Positions 26,639 to 36,649 are shown, counted from the stretch's first letter. The stretch: DNA of 37,333 nt from Oryzihumus sp. (GCA_035699865.1 DASSPC010000157.1:1-37333); one strand, 5' to 3'. Numbers and translations: made by a program. Notes: a model not told the origin generated them from the sequence alone.

Positions 26639-26800
26639 GTCGACGTGCTCACGGGCGCACACCCCGGCCGAACCTCCGATGAGCAGGTCACCGCCTACTG
26701 CCCCGTCGGCCTGCCGTGGCAGGACCTCGCCCTGAGCTGGCACCCCTACAACTTGGCCGCGCCCCAAGAGCGTGGCCGCCAACTCGACCTCCTCGCCTGA
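26639..26800 (+). pseudogene. C-terminal remnant of an ornithine cyclodeaminase/mu-crystallin family gene
   Basis: Manual translation VDVLTGAHPGRTSDEQVTAYCPVGLPWQDLALSW...LDLLA* resembles the OCD C-terminal G(R)...I/VT..VG..QD motif; no upstream body. Confidence 0.7.
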
Positions 26801-26893
26801 AACGACAGGCGCTACCGGGGCGTTTGTCTTCGACCCGGGGTTGGCGCGTGGGCCCGCCGAGACGCACCCCACCCGGCCGCGACGACGTCAGGC

Positions 26894-28798
26894 TCATCCG
26901 AGCTGCAGCTCCATCCAGTTGAGGTTGATGGAGCCGGCGTCACTTGCGCCTCGCCCGATGGTGATCAGGTTCAGACCAGCCTCGAGCCGCAGCTGGCTGG
27001 TCTGGTCCTGCCAGGTGTCCCACGTCGTGGTGGAGGGGAACGTGACGCGCCGGGGCGCATCGACGACAGTGCGGTCCGCGCGCTCGCTCGAGACGGTCAT
27101 GGTGCTCGGGATGGTCAGGCCGTTCGCGTATCGCCACCGCACGGGGTACGTGCCGGCGCGCGGAGCCTGTACCGCGAACGTGACCAGCGGGTCTCCCGGG
27201 TCTCCACCGGCTTCGAGCTTGTCAACGAAGCCCGACCCGACGTAGCCGGGGTGGTTGTTGTTGAAGTTCGCCCCACCACCCCAGGCCGCCCACGCGGCGT
27301 GGAAGCGCGGCGTCGGGCGCTGCGGAGTGATGTGGAACAGCGCGCAGGCGTGGGGTGCCAGGGTCGCCCGGGCCTCAGTGCGCACGCCGAGGGTGCGCCG
27401 AGCCCAGACGTCCCTGACCTGCGCCGAGCCCGCGATGCCCAGGTCGTGACTGAAGTGGAGGGCCTTGTCCACGGTCGCCGTGTCGTCCCGGTTGAACAGG
27501 GCAACGACCCATGACCCGTCGGGCAATTGACCGGCCCAACGCTCGCTGTCACGGGACCCTGGATCCACCGAGTAGGGAGTTCCGTTGTGATACAACGGTT
27601 TGCCAACCAGACCCTTGCGGTGCAGGTCGAGCACTTCGGGCTGGGTGAAGACCCAGCCGGTGGAGCCGATGTCGGAGTGCAGGTCGGCTATCGCGATCGG
27701 CGATCCCGCGATCGTCATCAACGTCACGGCCGTCTTGCGCTCTTCGTCGGTGGCGAAGGTGTGGGCGCGCAGGAAGTCACCGTCGAGGATGAGCTGGCCG
27801 CGCCCGGCTCGGTGCGACCATCCGGTGAAGCCGCAGAACGGGTTGAACCAGTTGGGCCAGGCGTTCTGCCAGCCCTGTCGGCCTCCGCTGAGTCGGTCCC
27901 AGCCACCCTTGTCGGCGTCCGCGTCGATACGCACGAGGTCGCCGTTCGCGAGCTCCGCGGAGGCGTTGTCGAACAGATGCGGCATGACCAGCGACACCTC
28001 CATCGTGTCGCCGGCAGCCTCGTTCATCCAGTGCAGGGCCGTGAGGTAGTTCGCCCGGCCGTGCGCCGCGTTGACCTGTCCGATGTTGGCGTCCATGCCG
28101 TTCTCGTACCAGGACAGAAAGTCGACACGCAGGTACGGCACCCCTATCGCCTTGAAGTACTCGACGTACCCCTGGACGTACTCCTTGGCGCCCGGCTTGG
28201 TGACATCGACCCAGTACAGGGTGTTGCCGCCGATGTCCCTAGCGAAGTAGTCACCCTGGTCCACGATGTCGGCGATTTTCACGTCGGGCCGGCCCACGAC
28301 GGTCTTGCTCGGGTCCTCGACCGCGGCCCTGTGGACCCACAGCGGGTTGTAGTAGACGCCCAAGCTCATCCGCCGTCGGGCGAGGTATGCGGCCCAATAG
28401 GTCCAGTCGTGGGTCCACGAGTCGTTGTACGTGGTGATGTACCCGTGCTGGGTGGTGCGCGACGAGCCCTCGATCCACCCGTCCGTGCAGGCCATGTCGT
28501 ATCCGCTCGGCGCGAATTCGCTGGCCAGCCAGTCGATGTTCGCCTTCCACTCGTCCTCGGGGATGGGCGCGTTGTGGGGGAAGGACCACCCGTAGATGTT
28601 CCAGTACAGCGGACCTGGGCCGCTGCGGGTCCAGGGGCTGTTGCGGCTCACCAGCGACAGCGGCACCGCCGACGTCGATGCATGGGGCGCCGTAGCGGCC
28701 CGTACCGTGGCGGCGTGGGCCGGGTCGGCCAGCTCGAGTGCCGTGGCAACCGAGATGAGTCCACCGGAGGCCAGCAGCGCGCGTCGGGAGATCGCCAT
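26894..28798 (-). CDS. imd: Isomalto-dextranase-like glycoside hydrolase (GH27) with Tat signal and C-terminal CBM35-like module
   Basis: Tat motif SRRALL; YWNIYGWSFPHNAPIPEDEWKANIDWL, ACTDGWIEG, LRVDFLSWYE and VRIDAD segments closely resemble my recollection of Arthrobacter isomalto-dextranase; C-terminal NNHPGYVGSGFVD, RYANG, LEAGLNLI. Confidence 0.88.
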   Translation of the reverse strand: MAISRRALLASGGLISVATALELADPAHAATVRAATAPHASTSAVPLSLVSRNSPWTRSGPGPLYWNIYGWSFPHNAPIPEDEWKANIDWLASEFAPSGYDMACTDGWIEGSSRTTQHGYITTYNDSWTHDWTYWAAYLARRRMSLGVYYNPLWVHRAAVEDPSKTVVGRPDVKIADIVDQGDYFARDIGGNTLYWVDVTKPGAKEYVQGYVEYFKAIGVPYLRVDFLSWYENGMDANIGQVNAAHGRANYLTALHWMNEAAGDTMEVSLVMPHLFDNASAELANGDLVRIDADADKGGWDRLSGGRQGWQNAWPNWFNPFCGFTGWSHRAGRGQLILDGDFLRAHTFATDEERKTAVTLMTIAGSPIAIADLHSDIGSTGWVFTQPEVLDLHRKGLVGKPLYHNGTPYSVDPGSRDSERWAGQLPDGSWVVALFNRDDTATVDKALHFSHDLGIAGSAQVRDVWARRTLGVRTEARATLAPHACALFHITPQRPTPRFHAAWAAWGGGANFNNNHPGYVGSGFVDKLEAGGDPGDPLVTFAVQAPRAGTYPVRWRYANGLTIPSTMTVSSERADRTVVDAPRRVTFPSTTTWDTWQDQTSQLRLEAGLNLITIGRGASDAGSINLNWMELQLG

Positions 28799-28959
28799 TG
28801 ATCATGCTCCTTCGGGAGGTCATTGATGTGGCTATTGGGTGCTATGTGGCATTTGTCCAATAGACCTTCCTCTTCGGAATTGGATGCGTCAACCACCTGA
28901 TTCAGCCCTGTGAGCCTTGGCGACGGCCGCTTCACAACGGACCGGACCACCGTCAGGCA

Positions 28960-29162
28960 GGCAGAGTCACGCCGCGCCGATCGCCTTGATCCGGACCGTG
29001 CCCCGCTTCAGTCCGAGGTCATCCCTGCGCCTCGTGGGCGGGCTGCCGGTCGAGTCGGTTGCCGGACTGACCGGTCGCAGCCCCGGTGCGGTCCGGGCGG
29101 CCGCCTACCGCGGCCTGCGACAGTTCGCCGCCCCCCTCGACAGGGTGGGTGTGACGGGATGA
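28960..29162 (+). pseudogene. Frameshifted remnant of ECF sigma factor region 4
   Basis: Pieces across frames: IALIRTV / PLQSEVI / LRLVGGLPVESVAGLTGRSPGAVRAAAYRGLRQF; region 2 absent. Confidence 0.65.
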
Positions 29163-29638
29163 GCCGCGCCGACGCTTGAGATGACCAACCATCCCGGCCC
29201 GCACCCTGCCGTCGCGCCCGACACGGACGCCGCGCCGTGGGACGCCATCCTGTCCGATGGCCCGCTGCCGCCTGAGGGAGACCCGACTACCGCGGCCGCC
29301 GGCGCCGTCGGCCTGGGCGGGCTGGCCGCGAATGGCCGCCGCCCTCAGGGCGGGGTCCCTCCGTCCGCACTGGTGGGGGTGCTGTTGGCCGCGGGAGGCG
29401 TGGGCGCGCTCGTCGGCGCGACCCTCTGTCCGTGGCGGGTCCGGATGCGTCGTGGCCCAGGGGCGAGCGCCCGCCCGCTGGCGGTCCGGCATGGAACGGC
29501 GGTCGCCGTGCGAGGCCAAGGATCTGGCGGTGCTGCTGACCTTCCGGTGCGAGGCCACATTCATCCTGGCGGGAGGACGCCCGGCGAGGTGGCACCGCGG
29601 GAGGCTGAGCACCTGGTGGTGGCACGGGGCAAGGCAAG

Positions 29639-29797
29639 GTGATCGTGGTGGCGTTGGCGGGTGTGATCCTCCTGATCCCGGTGGGCCTGATGCTCGCGCT
29701 GATCTGCCTCATGGCAGGCGCAGCGATCGTCCTCAGCGTCCCGGAGGCGTTGATTCAGTGGGTGCGTCGACAGCGCAACAACCATCGGACCGTCTAG
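29639..29797 (+). CDS. Possible small membrane protein (52 aa)
   Basis: Manual translation MIVVALAGVILLIPVGLMLALICLMAGAAIVLSVPEALIQWVRRQRNNHRTV; hydrophobic with basic tail. Confidence 0.4.
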   Translation: MIVVALAGVILLIPVGLMLALICLMAGAAIVLSVPEALIQWVRRQRNNHRTV

Positions 29798-30186
29798 GTG
29801 TCGGAAGCGGTGGCGTCCGGCGACGAAGCCAAGGCTGTTGAGCCGACCGGCTCTGGAAAAGCCCCCGCCGCGCTGACCGGGCCGGGAGGGTCTGAGGCCG
29901 GCAACGTCAATGGCAGAACGGATGTCGCGCCGCCCGGGCCGGGCAGGCTGCGTCGACTGGGGCACGTCACGCTCCCGGGGAGCTGGGGGGCGCTTCTCGC
30001 CGGGTGCCTTTCGTTCACGCCGTCCCTGCTCCCCCGCGGCGGCCTGATCCAGGGGGGGACTGGTCTGGGGCATCACCGCGGCCATCGGCTACGGCCTGGG
30101 CGTCGTGGGTGCGTGGGTGGGGCGGGCGTTTGCGGACCGTGAGGCTCGGACGCCCCGCAGCTGGGCGTGGCCGGCCTCACCAGTGA
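29798..30186 (+). pseudogene. N-terminal remnant of an alpha/beta-hydrolase-family membrane protein (DUF2319-like)
   Basis: TLPGSWGALLAGCLSFTPSLLPRGGLIQG, then after a frameshift in the G7 run (30052-30058) LVWGITAAIGYGLGVVGAWVGRAFADR; truncated. Confidence 0.65.
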
Positions 30187-30189
30187 GCG

Positions 30190-30490
30190 GCCGCCCTATG
30201 CGGAGATGACGGTGGCCCGGACCACGGAATGGTTCTTCAACGCCGGCCGACAGGTGTACCAATGGTCAACCCCGCCGGGCACGTCTACATCATGCAGAGC
30301 GCCTCCCGGCACGTTGACGCGGACCTCACGCTCGACAAGCTCCCCACACTCGGCCAGAGGCTGCAACTGCCGGAGGGATGGGAGTATCGCACCCCGACAC
30401 TCGACAAGGACTTGGTTGTCCGTGCACGCCGAGGCGCACATCGTCCTAGACGAGTACGAGAACACCTACCAGCGCATTGAGAACGAGCCC
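30190..30490 (+). pseudogene. Frameshifted C-terminal remnant of a hypothetical protein
   Basis: Coding-like pieces in alternating frames: TVARTTEWFFNAGRQVY / MVNPAGHVYIMQSASRHVDADLTLDKLPTLGQRLQLPEGWEYRT / AHIVLDEYENTYQRI. Confidence 0.55.
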
Positions 30491-30741
30491 ACCTCGCAGA
30501 ACCTCGGCACCCTTGCCCTTGAACCGGGCCGGCGGCGCGAGGAGATTGAGGCGGCCCCCGGGGCGGCCGGTTGACCTAGATCGCGAGCCAAGGCTGGTGC
30601 TGCGGTGCCTTTGCTTCGGCCGTCGAGCAGGAGCTGAGCACCTGTTCGAGCAAGCCAGACCGCGCGCGGGGAGACGGTCGGCTTGCCCTCCATCAGCCCG
30701 GCGCGGGCCTCACGAGCGCACCAAGTAGACGCATGCCGATT

Positions 30742-30817
30742 CACTGACATGCCGCGATGCGTGCAGTGCGTCTTACCGCCGCCAGTCGGCGCACCGGCGC
30801 TTCTCCGGATCTGCCGA
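30742..30817 (+). repeat. Cassette-boundary-like repeat R1
   Basis: cactgacatgccgcgatgcgtgcagtgcgtcttaccgccgc...ccggatctgccga. Confidence 0.75.
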
Positions 30818-30948
30818 GTTGAGGGTGTCGAGCATTGAGCCGGAGACTGTTGTTGGGCTTTGGTGTGGGGCGCGGTCGGGCCAGCCGGCTGCGGCGCGAG
30901 TCCTTTACGGCACGATCAGTCGCGATCGTCGAAACAGGGGGTTGTGCC

Positions 30949-31902
30949 ATGTCAATCAGCACCAGTGAGTGGTACAACGGCTTCGCGGTACGCGAAGCAG
31001 CCGGGAACTCACCCACCTACGAGCGGCTCGCCCAAGCTGTGGCCGTTAGCACCGAGATCATCGACCGCCTCGACACCCTGCCCGAACAAAAGCGCCAGCC
31101 GAACCTGCTGTTCGCCTCGACACGAGCCATGGGCGGTCCGATCGAGGCACCTGAGCCCTTCACCGAGTGGGTGCTCGGGAACTGGGACACGCTCGCCGCC
31201 ACGATGCGAACCAGGCTCACCCAGACCAACGAGCCGCGGCGCTCTGCCGCGCTGCTGCCCTTCTTCTCCTCGATCGATGGGCCGATCGCACTGCTCGAGG
31301 TTGGCGCCTCGGCGGGCCTCTGCCTCTACCCCGACCGCTGGCAGTATCGCTACAGCGACACCGCACTAGGCGACCCGGACGCACCCCTCTTGACCTGTGA
31401 GCCGGCTGGCCCCTTCACGGCGCCCACTCGGCTTCCGGAGGTCACCTGGCGCGCGGGCATCGACCTGAACCCGCTCGACGTCACCGACGCGGACGATGTG
31501 CGCTGGCTCGAGGCGCTGATCTGGCCGGAGCAGACCGAGCGCCGTGCCCGGCTCCACGACGCCATCACCATCGCTCAGGACGACCCCGCCCTCCTCGTGG
31601 CGGGCGACCTCAACGACGACCTGGCCACCCTCGCGGCCGAGGCCCCCAGCGACGCAACCCTGGTGGTCTTCCACAGCGCGGTCCTCACCTACGTCACCCC
31701 CGAGGAGCGGCAGCGCTTCGTCGACCAGGTCACGGCCCTGCCCGGCCACTGGATCTCCAACGAGGGGCCCGGGGTGCTTCCCTCGGTGGCCGCTCAGGTC
31801 CCCGCCGGGCGGGAGGACACCCAGCACCGGTTCCTCACGGCTTTGGACGGCCGGCCTGTCGCGTGGTCCGGCGGCCACGGCCAGACCATCGAACTGCTCT
31901 GA
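30949..31902 (+). CDS. DUF2332-like protein (methyltransferase-like fold)
   Basis: QPNLLFA, TQTNEPRR, LLEVGASAGLCLYPDR, GIDLNPLD, WLEALIWPEQ, VFHSAVLTY, WISNEG motifs. Confidence 0.88.
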   Translation: MSISTSEWYNGFAVREAAGNSPTYERLAQAVAVSTEIIDRLDTLPEQKRQPNLLFASTRAMGGPIEAPEPFTEWVLGNWDTLAATMRTRLTQTNEPRRSAALLPFFSSIDGPIALLEVGASAGLCLYPDRWQYRYSDTALGDPDAPLLTCEPAGPFTAPTRLPEVTWRAGIDLNPLDVTDADDVRWLEALIWPEQTERRARLHDAITIAQDDPALLVAGDLNDDLATLAAEAPSDATLVVFHSAVLTYVTPEERQRFVDQVTALPGHWISNEGPGVLPSVAAQVPAGREDTQHRFLTALDGRPVAWSGGHGQTIELL

Positions 31903-31912
31903 CTCACTCAAA

Positions 31913-31988
31913 CGCACGCATCTGCCGCGATGCGTGAAGTGCGTCTGTCCGCCGCGTTCCGGCTGCGTCTCTTAACCGGATCTGCCGA
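31913..31988 (+). repeat. Cassette-boundary-like repeat R2
   Basis: cgcacgcatctgccgcgatgcgtgaagtgcgtctgtccgccgc...ccggatctgccga, 10 bp after the DUF2332 stop; contains cacgcatc/gatgcgtg inverted repeat. Confidence 0.8.
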
Positions 31989-32027
31989 TGACCGGACGGG
32001 AATAGGCATGGCTTCTACGATCGCCCC

Positions 32028-32828
32028 GTGAACGGGCAACTCGCGCTGATGACCGCACTTGCCGCGCACGGGGGCCGCTGGCTCCGAGATGGGGCGAGGG
32101 GGCCCGCGCCCGAGCTGTCGAGTGCCAACTCGTCGTTTCAATACGTGGGGTCGTTCACCGCTCAAGTGCCTCGGGGGTTTCTGAGGCCTACGACGACCGC
32201 GACCAGCCCCGAAGAGTGGCTTCTCGCCCTTTACTCGCGAGGCGTCAGGGATCTGTCGTTGATCACCGACCTCTCGAGCCGCGGCCCGCTACCCCCGCAC
32301 GTCGCGTCCGCGTTCTCCAACTCCGGAACATGGGCTCTGCTCGCCACCGGCAGGTCGGCACCGACGGCGTGGGCAATCGGCTGGCACGTCGGGAACCGAG
32401 ACGCCCCAGACTCCCGCATCTGGTCCCTCGCCGCGAGCAACTTGCCAGGCGAGGGTCATGACGCGCCGCGAGTCGGCCTGGCCGAAGCAAGGAACGGCCT
32501 GCGGGCAGCACTGGGCGAAATTCGGATCTTCGCCGAGCGATGCGAGGAGCTGAACAGCTGGGCGACGTGGTTCATCAGGGCAGAGACGCTGCTTGACGAT
32601 CCGGGGCCCGCTGCTCCGTACCACCGTGACCTCCTCCCGCGCGATGCCTCACTGGACCGGCGTCAACTGGCCGCAGCCGCGGTTCAGGGATGGGTCTTCG
32701 GTGGCATGGGGTCGTGGAACGACGGCGGACCGCTCGATCCGGCCGACCAGCGCGCATACGAGCGGGTTGGCACGAACTTGTACACCGCCCTCTTGCTCGC
32801 GCTCCCCGCAGCAGCAAACGGCTCGTGA
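32028..32828 (+). CDS. Hypothetical protein (266 aa)
   Basis: Long ORF with protein-like composition and a WVFGGMGSWND motif. Confidence 0.75.
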   Translation: MNGQLALMTALAAHGGRWLRDGARGPAPELSSANSSFQYVGSFTAQVPRGFLRPTTTATSPEEWLLALYSRGVRDLSLITDLSSRGPLPPHVASAFSNSGTWALLATGRSAPTAWAIGWHVGNRDAPDSRIWSLAASNLPGEGHDAPRVGLAEARNGLRAALGEIRIFAERCEELNSWATWFIRAETLLDDPGPAAPYHRDLLPRDASLDRRQLAAAAVQGWVFGGMGSWNDGGPLDPADQRAYERVGTNLYTALLLALPAAANGS

Positions 32829-32915
32829 TGCCCTGATTTGCCGCGAGGACCGCAGACGGCCCCTGGACGAACGAAAACGTGAACGCCCAATCCACGCGCA
32901 CCGCAGGATGAGCGT

Positions 32916-33257
32916 ATGGCCGCCGCCCCTTCGGACCCAGACCTCAACAGCCTCTTCGCGGCTGCGCTCGAATTCGGCCCCAGCTGGCGGCGCCCCGTGG
33001 GCGACCTGGCGGCCGAACTCTTCCCGAACAGGCGCCAAGATGATCGCGACGTACTCGCGGCTGCCGTTGACGAGTGCCGTTCGGCAATCGAAGCCGACAT
33101 CGCGGCAACGCACATGCGGCTCGCTGGCCAGTGGGCCAGACGCGATGAGCAGCAGACCGACCAATGGATCGCGAACCGCTATCCCTGGATGACCAAAAAG
33201 AACCGCCGGCGCGCACTCAGCCAGGGGCAGTACTACGCCTGGCACGACCACGGCTGA
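32916..33257 (+). CDS. Hypothetical protein (113 aa)
   Basis: MAAAPSDPDLNSLFAAALEFGPSWRRP...YPWMTKKNRRRALSQGQYYAWHDHG; AGGA upstream. Confidence 0.7.
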   Translation: MAAAPSDPDLNSLFAAALEFGPSWRRPVGDLAAELFPNRRQDDRDVLAAAVDECRSAIEADIAATHMRLAGQWARRDEQQTDQWIANRYPWMTKKNRRRALSQGQYYAWHDHG

Positions 33258-33258
33258 C

Positions 33259-33297
33259 CGCACTCATCTGCCATGGTCAGTGCGTCTTTCCGCCGCG
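33259..33297 (+). repeat. Cassette-boundary-like repeat R4
   Basis: cgcactcatctgccatggtcagtgcgtctttccgccgcg, 1 bp after the stop at 33257; cgcact/agtgcg inverted arms. Confidence 0.75.
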
Positions 33298-33469
33298 AGC
33301 GACCTGCGCCGTCAACGCCCGCGCATGCCCGACAAGAGGCATGGTCGAGCCCCGCAAGTTGTGTTGTGTGGGATCTATTCAGCACGGCGCTCAACAACTT
33401 CTGATGCGGAGCCCTACGGCGACGTAGGCTTCCGCCGCGGACACGCCTCGCCTCTGATCGATGTGCCGA

Positions 33470-36400
33470 CTACTTCTCAATGAAGGCGCCGTCGACATAG
33501 ACCGGGGCCCCGGAGGCGGGCCGCAGGACGAGGGCCCCTGACCGGGAGGCCGACCAGGGGAGCCACAGCACCTGCTTGTAGCGGGTTGTGGTGCTGTGGG
33601 TGCTGAGGCGCCCCCAGTGGTAGCTGCCGATCCAGACGTCGACGAACCCGCAGGTGCTGCACGTCGCCACCAGTAGTCCGAGGCGGCGAGCGTTAACCCC
33701 CGAGCGGCTCAGGGCGGTGGCCGTGCCTGCGGCGCGGGTGGACGTGCCGAACACGTACGCAGCTGAGGTTCCTCGCGTGGCGCCGTGGACGGCGAACGCG
33801 CGGTCGTCCAGCAGCGTCGTGACACACCGCTCTGGGGTGAAGGCGCTGGTGTTGCCGAGCGCGTCCCTGGCCCGTACCGAGAAGCAGTACGTGTACCCGC
33901 CGGCCAGGGTGAGCGGCAGGGACGTGGCACTCCTGCGCTGCCAGGAGGAGGGGTAGACGTAGCCGGTGAACCCGCCGGAGGGGGCGGCATACCGCTCCCG
34001 CACGTCATAGGAGGCCACGGTGCTGCCGCCGGTGTCCGTGGCCGACCAGCGCAGGTTCAGGGCCGAGCCCAGCAACTGTGCCGGGACAGTGGCCAGGGTT
34101 ACCGAGGGGGCGGTGCTGTCCACCTTCCAGGACGCAGTCGCCGGTTGGCTGCGGCCGCGGGCCGGGTCGATGGCCACGGCGGTGACGGTATGTGTCCCGG
34201 CCGCCAGCCCCGACAGGGACCACGTGGCCGCGCACGGGGACCACGCGCCGCCATCGAGCTGGCAGGAGTAGCTCAGGGCGCCGACCGCGTCGTCGGGGTC
34301 GCTCCCGTCCAGGTGGACGGCCGCGGCCGGGCCGGTCAGCGCCGGGACGGAGACGGCGACGGTGGGCGGCGCCGACTGCGTCACCAACCACTCCATGGGG
34401 TGCGGGTAGTACACCGGGTCGGTGCTCAGCCGGGTCCAGCCGTCGGTGGGCACCCACGTGTCCGGGTGCGGGATCTCGACGATCGCCTCCACGCCCGTCT
34501 CACACGAGGTCGCGTTCCCGTACCCGCGCACCTGCACCGCGATGGAGGACCCGGTCGGGCTGAACCGGGGGTTGGCCAGGGTGCAGTGCGGGGGCTGCCA
34601 GACCACCCTGGGGGTGCCGCCACCGGGCGGGACCAGGAACAGGGCGCTGGAGCCGTCCGTGGTCGTGGAGGTCCACGCGATCTCTCCGGCCCGTGAGACG
34701 GTCACCGACTTGAACTCGCCGTTGAGGTCGTTGGTCGAGGCGGCCGTTCCAGGCACGGCGGTGAGGTGCTCATCGGAGAGACGGACCCAGTCCACGCCGA
34801 GCGTTGTGCTCGCGGACGGGTCGCCGAGGCGCATCAGCAGGGCCGACCCGTCCGGGGACCACCCGTAGGGGATGCCCCGGGCTGTGTCGAGCATGTGCAT
34901 GGTGCCCGAGGCGACGTCGACGATGCCCACGTCGTACGTCTTGGGGTAGGCGTTGCAGCAGAAGGCGACGGCGATGTGCTTCCCGTCGGGGGAGAACAGC
35001 GGGTGGGACATGTCGGGGTCCGTCACCGGTCCGAAGGACAACAGGGTGCGCGGGTGCTGGCCGGCGAGGTCGGTCAGGGTCAGCGCCATCCGCCCTGCGG
35101 TGGTGTCGTCCGAGGTCAGGGCCAGGTGCTGCCGGTCCGGTGAGACGGCCACGTCTGTTACCCCGCCGGCGACCGCCGGGTGGTACTCGACCTGCGGCGG
35201 CACCGTGGTCGAGGTGTCGGCAAAGCCTGAGCCGTACAGGTGTCCGCTGTAGGTCCACATCAGCGTGGTGCCGGGCACGGTGGTGGTCGCCGGGTCGGAC
35301 GCGGCGGTCCGCTCCCCGTCCTGTGCGACCGTGGTCGCCCGGTAGCTGATGTTCTGGCCCACGCTGACGTCGGTGTCGGTCCAGATGTCCCCGGGCTGGA
35401 GGGTCGCCATGGTCGTCCACGCGCTGTCGCCGACCTGGCGTTCGATGACCAGTCCAGTCAGCGGCTGCATCTGGTCCGAGTTCTGAAGGGTGGCCTGGAT
35501 GGACAGCGCCACGGCGGAGGTTCCCACGACCTTGACCGTGGGGACGCCCAGCTCCCGGTAGACGGTGACGGTGCTGTCCGCGGAGGTCATCATCTGGCCG
35601 GTAACCGGCATGACGAGCTGGATGTTCTGTCGCCCAGGACGGGCCGAACTGTCGGCCGCGACGGTCAGGTCGACCGGGCACGTCTGCGCCGGTTGCAGCG
35701 TCATGCCGTCACACCCGGTGCTCGCCTGCGCGGAGACTCCCCACCCCTTGCCGACCGCGTTTCCGAGGGACGCGGGACCGGTGCCGATGTTGCGCAGCGT
35801 CCAGGTCTGCACAATGGAGCTGCCGCGTATGAAGGTGGCCGGCGAGGTAGGGGCCTCCGCGACAACGTGCGCCAGTGGCGTGGCGGAGCGGTATCGGACG
35901 GACGTGTGGACGACCGTCGTGTCGCCGCCGCAGGACCAGCTGAACTCCGCACCCAGCTGCAACGGGACACCCGATGCGGAGTAGACGACGTCGGTGACGG
36001 CGACCTGTCCGGTGGTGGTCCCTGTCTGGTTGAGGCACGAGAGGCTGCTAAAGCTGATCTGTCCCGAGCCCGGGGCGCTCGAGAGTGGGTAGGTGCCCCG
36101 GCCAGGCAGGCGGCCGAAGGAGAGACTGTCCGAGCCTGCTTCGGCGTCTGTCATTCCCTGCTGGCTGCCCAGGTACATGGTTATCGGTCGCTCTGCCGGG
36201 GAATAGCCCGCGCTATCCGTGGGCGAAGGGCTCTCGCGGCCGGTCAGCTCCGTCGTCTGCGCACCATCAGGGGCCGTCCACGCCTTCGTGTCGCGGGTCG
36301 CGGTGACCGGCGCGGAATCCGGGTAGGTCGTTCCGGTCCCGCTCTCGGCCGCGACCGTGTAGGTCACGCTCTGGCCCGGCGCCAGGTCGTAGTCGGCGTA

Positions 36401-36649
36401 GTTCTGGCTGTAGGACACCTCTTTGGTGGTGACCACGCCGTCAACCGTTCGGGTCACGCGCCAGAGCCAGATCGTGTCGTCAGGGGAGGTCCACGTCAGG
36501 AAGACGCCGTCCGGGGCGCCGTAGGCCACCGGAGTGGCAATGACCGGATCCGCCGCCGACGCGACATTCGCCGCCCCGGTCAAAGAACCCACGGCCATGG
36601 CGACTGCCACCATGACACGCACGAACCTGCTCACCACCGAACGCGCCAC
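33470..36649 (-). CDS. Large secreted protein with Fn3/Ig-like domains and a TolB/PD40-like beta-propeller
   Basis: Signal peptide ending ASA; Fn3-like segments (LTWTSP...YTVAAE; LRWSATD...YCFSVRARD); PD40-like repeats (VSPDRQHLA, FSPDGKHIA, WSPDGSAL, FSPTGSSIA). GTG 36649 preferred; ORF track starts at 36670. Confidence 0.82.
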   Translation of the reverse strand: MARSVVSRFVRVMVAVAMAVGSLTGAANVASAADPVIATPVAYGAPDGVFLTWTSPDDTIWLWRVTRTVDGVVTTKEVSYSQNYADYDLAPGQSVTYTVAAESGTGTTYPDSAPVTATRDTKAWTAPDGAQTTELTGRESPSPTDSAGYSPAERPITMYLGSQQGMTDAEAGSDSLSFGRLPGRGTYPLSSAPGSGQISFSSLSCLNQTGTTTGQVAVTDVVYSASGVPLQLGAEFSWSCGGDTTVVHTSVRYRSATPLAHVVAEAPTSPATFIRGSSIVQTWTLRNIGTGPASLGNAVGKGWGVSAQASTGCDGMTLQPAQTCPVDLTVAADSSARPGRQNIQLVMPVTGQMMTSADSTVTVYRELGVPTVKVVGTSAVALSIQATLQNSDQMQPLTGLVIERQVGDSAWTTMATLQPGDIWTDTDVSVGQNISYRATTVAQDGERTAASDPATTTVPGTTLMWTYSGHLYGSGFADTSTTVPPQVEYHPAVAGGVTDVAVSPDRQHLALTSDDTTAGRMALTLTDLAGQHPRTLLSFGPVTDPDMSHPLFSPDGKHIAVAFCCNAYPKTYDVGIVDVASGTMHMLDTARGIPYGWSPDGSALLMRLGDPSASTTLGVDWVRLSDEHLTAVPGTAASTNDLNGEFKSVTVSRAGEIAWTSTTTDGSSALFLVPPGGGTPRVVWQPPHCTLANPRFSPTGSSIAVQVRGYGNATSCETGVEAIVEIPHPDTWVPTDGWTRLSTDPVYYPHPMEWLVTQSAPPTVAVSVPALTGPAAAVHLDGSDPDDAVGALSYSCQLDGGAWSPCAATWSLSGLAAGTHTVTAVAIDPARGRSQPATASWKVDSTAPSVTLATVPAQLLGSALNLRWSATDTGGSTVASYDVRERYAAPSGGFTGYVYPSSWQRRSATSLPLTLAGGYTYCFSVRARDALGNTSAFTPERCVTTLLDDRAFAVHGATRGTSAAYVFGTSTRAAGTATALSRSGVNARRLGLLVATCSTCGFVDVWIGSYHWGRLSTHSTTTRYKQVLWLPWSASRSGALVLRPASGAPVYVDGAFIEK

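Noticed and set aside
29181-29642. 153-aa ORF after the sigma remnant as an anti-sigma factor
   Set aside because: Only the first ~35 codons look coding; the rest is low-complexity with no motif, so it cannot be supported.
30742-33297. Repeats as a CRISPR array
   Set aside because: Spacing is gene-sized (0.4-1.2 kb), copies are divergent, and no cas genes are present.
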